From Anthoceros angustus (taxonomy: Eukaryota; Plantae; Anthocerotophyta), in contig MU008166.1 in NCBI GenBank assembly GCA_010909165.1, positions 1,612,001 through 1,676,000 of the forward strand: 64,000 nt of DNA. Reading direction: 5' to 3'. Positions 60,900 to 64,000 of this stretch are shown in pieces. Made by a program: the position numbers and the translations under genes. The notes beneath the pieces were generated by a model. That model saw nothing but the letters and a program-made list of their open reading frames with translations. It was not told the origin of the DNA and searched no databases. Position 1 is the first letter of the stretch; the number at the start of each line of letters is the position of its first letter.

Positions 60900-63800
60900 G
60901 TTACACATCGTATCATCCCAACAGGAAGAGACTATACTCTTCCCGAGGTCGTTTGAGTATGTGCCTAGATACCATCGCAGGTTATGTGGGACTTGGGAAA
61001 AACTCCCTCACCCACTAAAACTCCCCACCTTTACCCTTGCCCGAGAATAAGGGCTGCCATACATTGCTGCATCGGCTCCAATATCTGGTTTTTGATCCAC
61101 AGAATAGAGAAGGGTGAAGACTGGGCTATGTGTGGAGAATCTGAACTATCTGGCCTGAGACCGAGTTCATAGAGCAGTTTGTAAACAAGTTTATGACCCT
61201 CAAGGACTCTGTCGAATTGGCGAGCACCACCGTGTCCGACCATGACGCTTCCGTGCAGCTGTTGCAATCCATGCCACCATCATGGTCTGCTTTGGTTATG
61301 ACTCAGAGAGCCAACCCCATAACACTTGACAAGACGATCTCTCTTCTCTGCGAGGAAGAGCAGCGCCGAAAGGCCGGCGAGACCTCCACACCGAAGGGTA
61401 TCGCACTCTTTGCTTGTGGGAGATTGCGCAGGAACCGGGGGCGCCCTTCATGCGGACCCCTTGGCCACAAGGATTCCCCGGCAAGGGCAACCCCCAGCCT
61501 GGCCCCTCCAACGATAAGCGGAAGCTTGGGGCATGCTTTTACTGCAAGCTGCCTGGACACCACCAGCGGGATTGCCAGAGGCGTATCGCCGATCACCGCG
61601 CTCAACCCTCCGTCGGCAGCGCCATGCACGGCGCACGCCTATTCGTCGTCTACTTGTACGTCACCCTTGACTCTCACATGTGGTTTGTGGATTTAGGGGC
61701 CACCCATCACATGACCGGCTGGCGCGAGTGGTTCACTTCCTTTGAGCAGAACACCGTCGAGAGCTTTGTTTACCTCGGCGATGATACCCGCCGCGCGATT
61801 CGTGGCTCCGGCATTGTGGCTATCCTCATGCCCAACTCTCAAGTGCGGGAGCTCCATGACGAGCTCTATGTGCCTCACCTAAGTAAGAACCTTGTTTCAG
61901 TTGGGCAGGCGCTCGGAACTGGCTATACTTTCAACTTTGCCCCTACGAAGTGCTCCATCTTCGATGCCTCTCGCCAACTCATCACCGACTGCCAACAGAT
62001 TGGGCAGGTCTTTGTTCTAGGCACCAGCCCCACCTATACGGCACATGAGGTTCTCTCCAGGCCTGAGAGGGAGAGTCTGTCTCACCCCGACAGCTCTCTT
62101 AGCTCCCATGTGTCCTCTCCCTTGGCAAATCTTTGGCATCTTAGGCTGGGTCACAAAGGGACACAACGGATGAAGGCTTTGGCTCAACACGGCTATGTCT
62201 TGGGCCTCCCTATTAAATCCGTTGCTAACCTCTCTTTTTGCCGCAGCTGTGCCTTCGGCAAACAGTAGCGTAAGGCCTTCCCTGTCGGCTCCCATAGGAG
62301 TCCTCATCCCCTTGGTCTTGTCCATACTGACAATATGCAGACACCTTCTCTTCAGGGGTCCCTGTATCAAGTCAGCTTTATCGACGACTATACCCACTTC
62401 GGTTGGGTATATTTTCTCGCAGCCAAGTCCGATACCTTCTCCACCTTTGTCACTTGGCAATCTGAGGTGGAGAATCAACTTGGCAGCAAGCTCAAGATCC
62501 TTCAGAGCGACGGCGGGGGGGGAGTTCGACTCCACTTGCGTTCCGCGACCATTGCCGACAACACGGTATTATCTGCCAAACCATAGTGCCTTACACTCCC
62601 GAGCAGAACGAGGTTGCCGAGCGCCGTCACCGAACTCAGGTGGAGATGGGCCGATCTATGCTGCACCATGCTTCCTTCTCTAACCGCTTTTGGGCTGAAC
62701 TTTGAATACAGCCAATTACCTTATCAATCGCCTCCCCACAAAGGCGGTCGATGGTACAACTCCTTACGAAGCATGGACCGGCCGCAAGCCCGACCTTGGC
62801 TATCTCCGCATCTTTGGTTGCCAGGCATTCGTCCATGTTCCCAAGGCCATGCGGCGGAAGTTAGATTCAAAGTCTAAAGAAGGTATCCTCCTCGGCTACG
62901 GCGAAACCGTCAAGGCCTACCGGATATACTTGAAGGACTCTCGGCGCCTTATCTTCGTCCGTCACTTTATCTTCAACGAGGAATCCCTTCTTCTCTCCCT
63001 CGATGCTGGGGGAGACATTGACGTACCTCTGCTTTTCCCCTCCCCTCTTGTCCCTACCTTGGATGTTTCTATTGACGTTGGTGCAGGGGGGAAGGATGAA
63101 TGGGAGCCCGCACCACCGCCAGCCACACACGCTCCCCGCGCTCCTCAAGCTGCTATCCGTCCACCGGTGTTTGCGCTCGTGCCCTTTGCACCAGCGTTGG
63201 CTCCTCCCGCCTCTCTTGCTTCTCCTGCAACTCCATCCACTCTTGAGCTCCTTTCACTCCCCTGCCATCTAGCAGTGGAGACTCAGACCTTGACCTTGGT
63301 GCCTTCTCCCTCGTCCCCGCAGAAGAGGTATCTCACCCCCCTAACATACCTCCTCCTGTAGATGGACCTCTTGCCCTTCGGCGTTCGACGAGGGAGCGGA
63401 CACTTAGTAGGAAAGTGCTTGAGAACCTTGAGCAAACTCAAGGAACCTCCAACACGCAGGCCACCAATATGGCCACATTTACTCTCGTTCAAGTCTTGCT
63501 TTCCACTTCGGAAGTCTCGGAGCCTACCACACTTACCGCCGCCCTCTCCGGGCCACAAGCAACAGAGTGGAAGACAGCCGTTGATGATGAGTTCCAGTCA
63601 CTAAGGGCCAACAATGCATGGCGCCTTTTCGATCTACCACCTGGCAGGTCTGTGGTCGGCAGCAAGTGGACATTCAAGATTAAGTACACCGCCGATGGCG
63701 CCATAGACCGCTATAAGGCAAGGCTCGTGGCACAAGGTTACACTCAACGGGCAGGAGACGACTACGATGCAGATAATCTCTTCTCCCCGGTCGTCCACAC

Positions 63801-63905
63801 TACCTCATTGCATGTTATTCTTGCCTGTGCTACCTATCATGATTGGGAGGTGGTACAGGTTGATGTCAAAACGGCATTTCTTTACGGCAAGCTGCATGAG
63901 GAGAT
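60900..63905 (+). mobile_element. Ty1/copia LTR retrotransposon, degenerate gag-pol truncated within RT
   Basis: Zinc knuckle CFYCKLPGHHQRDC, protease WFVDLGATHHMTG, LWHLRLGH, integrase LVHTDI..SFIDDYT and KLDSKSKEGILLGY, and RT YKARLVAQGYTQ and VDVKTAFLYG. Order is PR-INT-RT, with frameshifts. Confidence 0.93.
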
Positions 63906-64000
63906 CGGGTTCACCGTACGCTTCTGTGAATCATGGATTCTTGCCACCTTGCACTTCATTCTCACCAGGGGCAGCACTACCTCTTGTGGCAGCATCTTTT

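Overview
Land-plant nuclear DNA. Short GT-AG introns, PLS-class PPR remnants and gene content suggest a non-seed plant, possibly a lycophyte (inference). From 1 to 16.6 kb the window is a transposon graveyard: a copia tail, a PPR pseudogene, a degraded COP1 WD40 fragment, a CACTA element with one clear TIR and several tandem arrays, and an LTR-like coiled-coil ORF region. From 17.4 to 34.6 kb lies a gene block: selenium-binding protein, a bacterial-type erythromycin-esterase-family gene carrying a spliceosomal intron (candidate domesticated HGT), a divergent plant O-methyltransferase, a plastid LEA-like gene, an unknown gene with two PAH/harmonin-N-like repeats, and an ABCG half transporter. 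From 37.5 to 42 kb are two degenerate CRE-like (restriction-like endonuclease) non-LTR retrotransposon pieces separated by a palindromic-repeat insertion. These are followed by ARPC4, a GNAT plus tandem-BRCT gene, a germin pseudogene and a SAUR gene. An intact, intronless HIRA is enclosed by ~2 kb diverged inverted repeats containing PPR remnants. A degenerate Ty1/copia element ends the window. All family assignments come from motif recognition by eye; no database searches were run.
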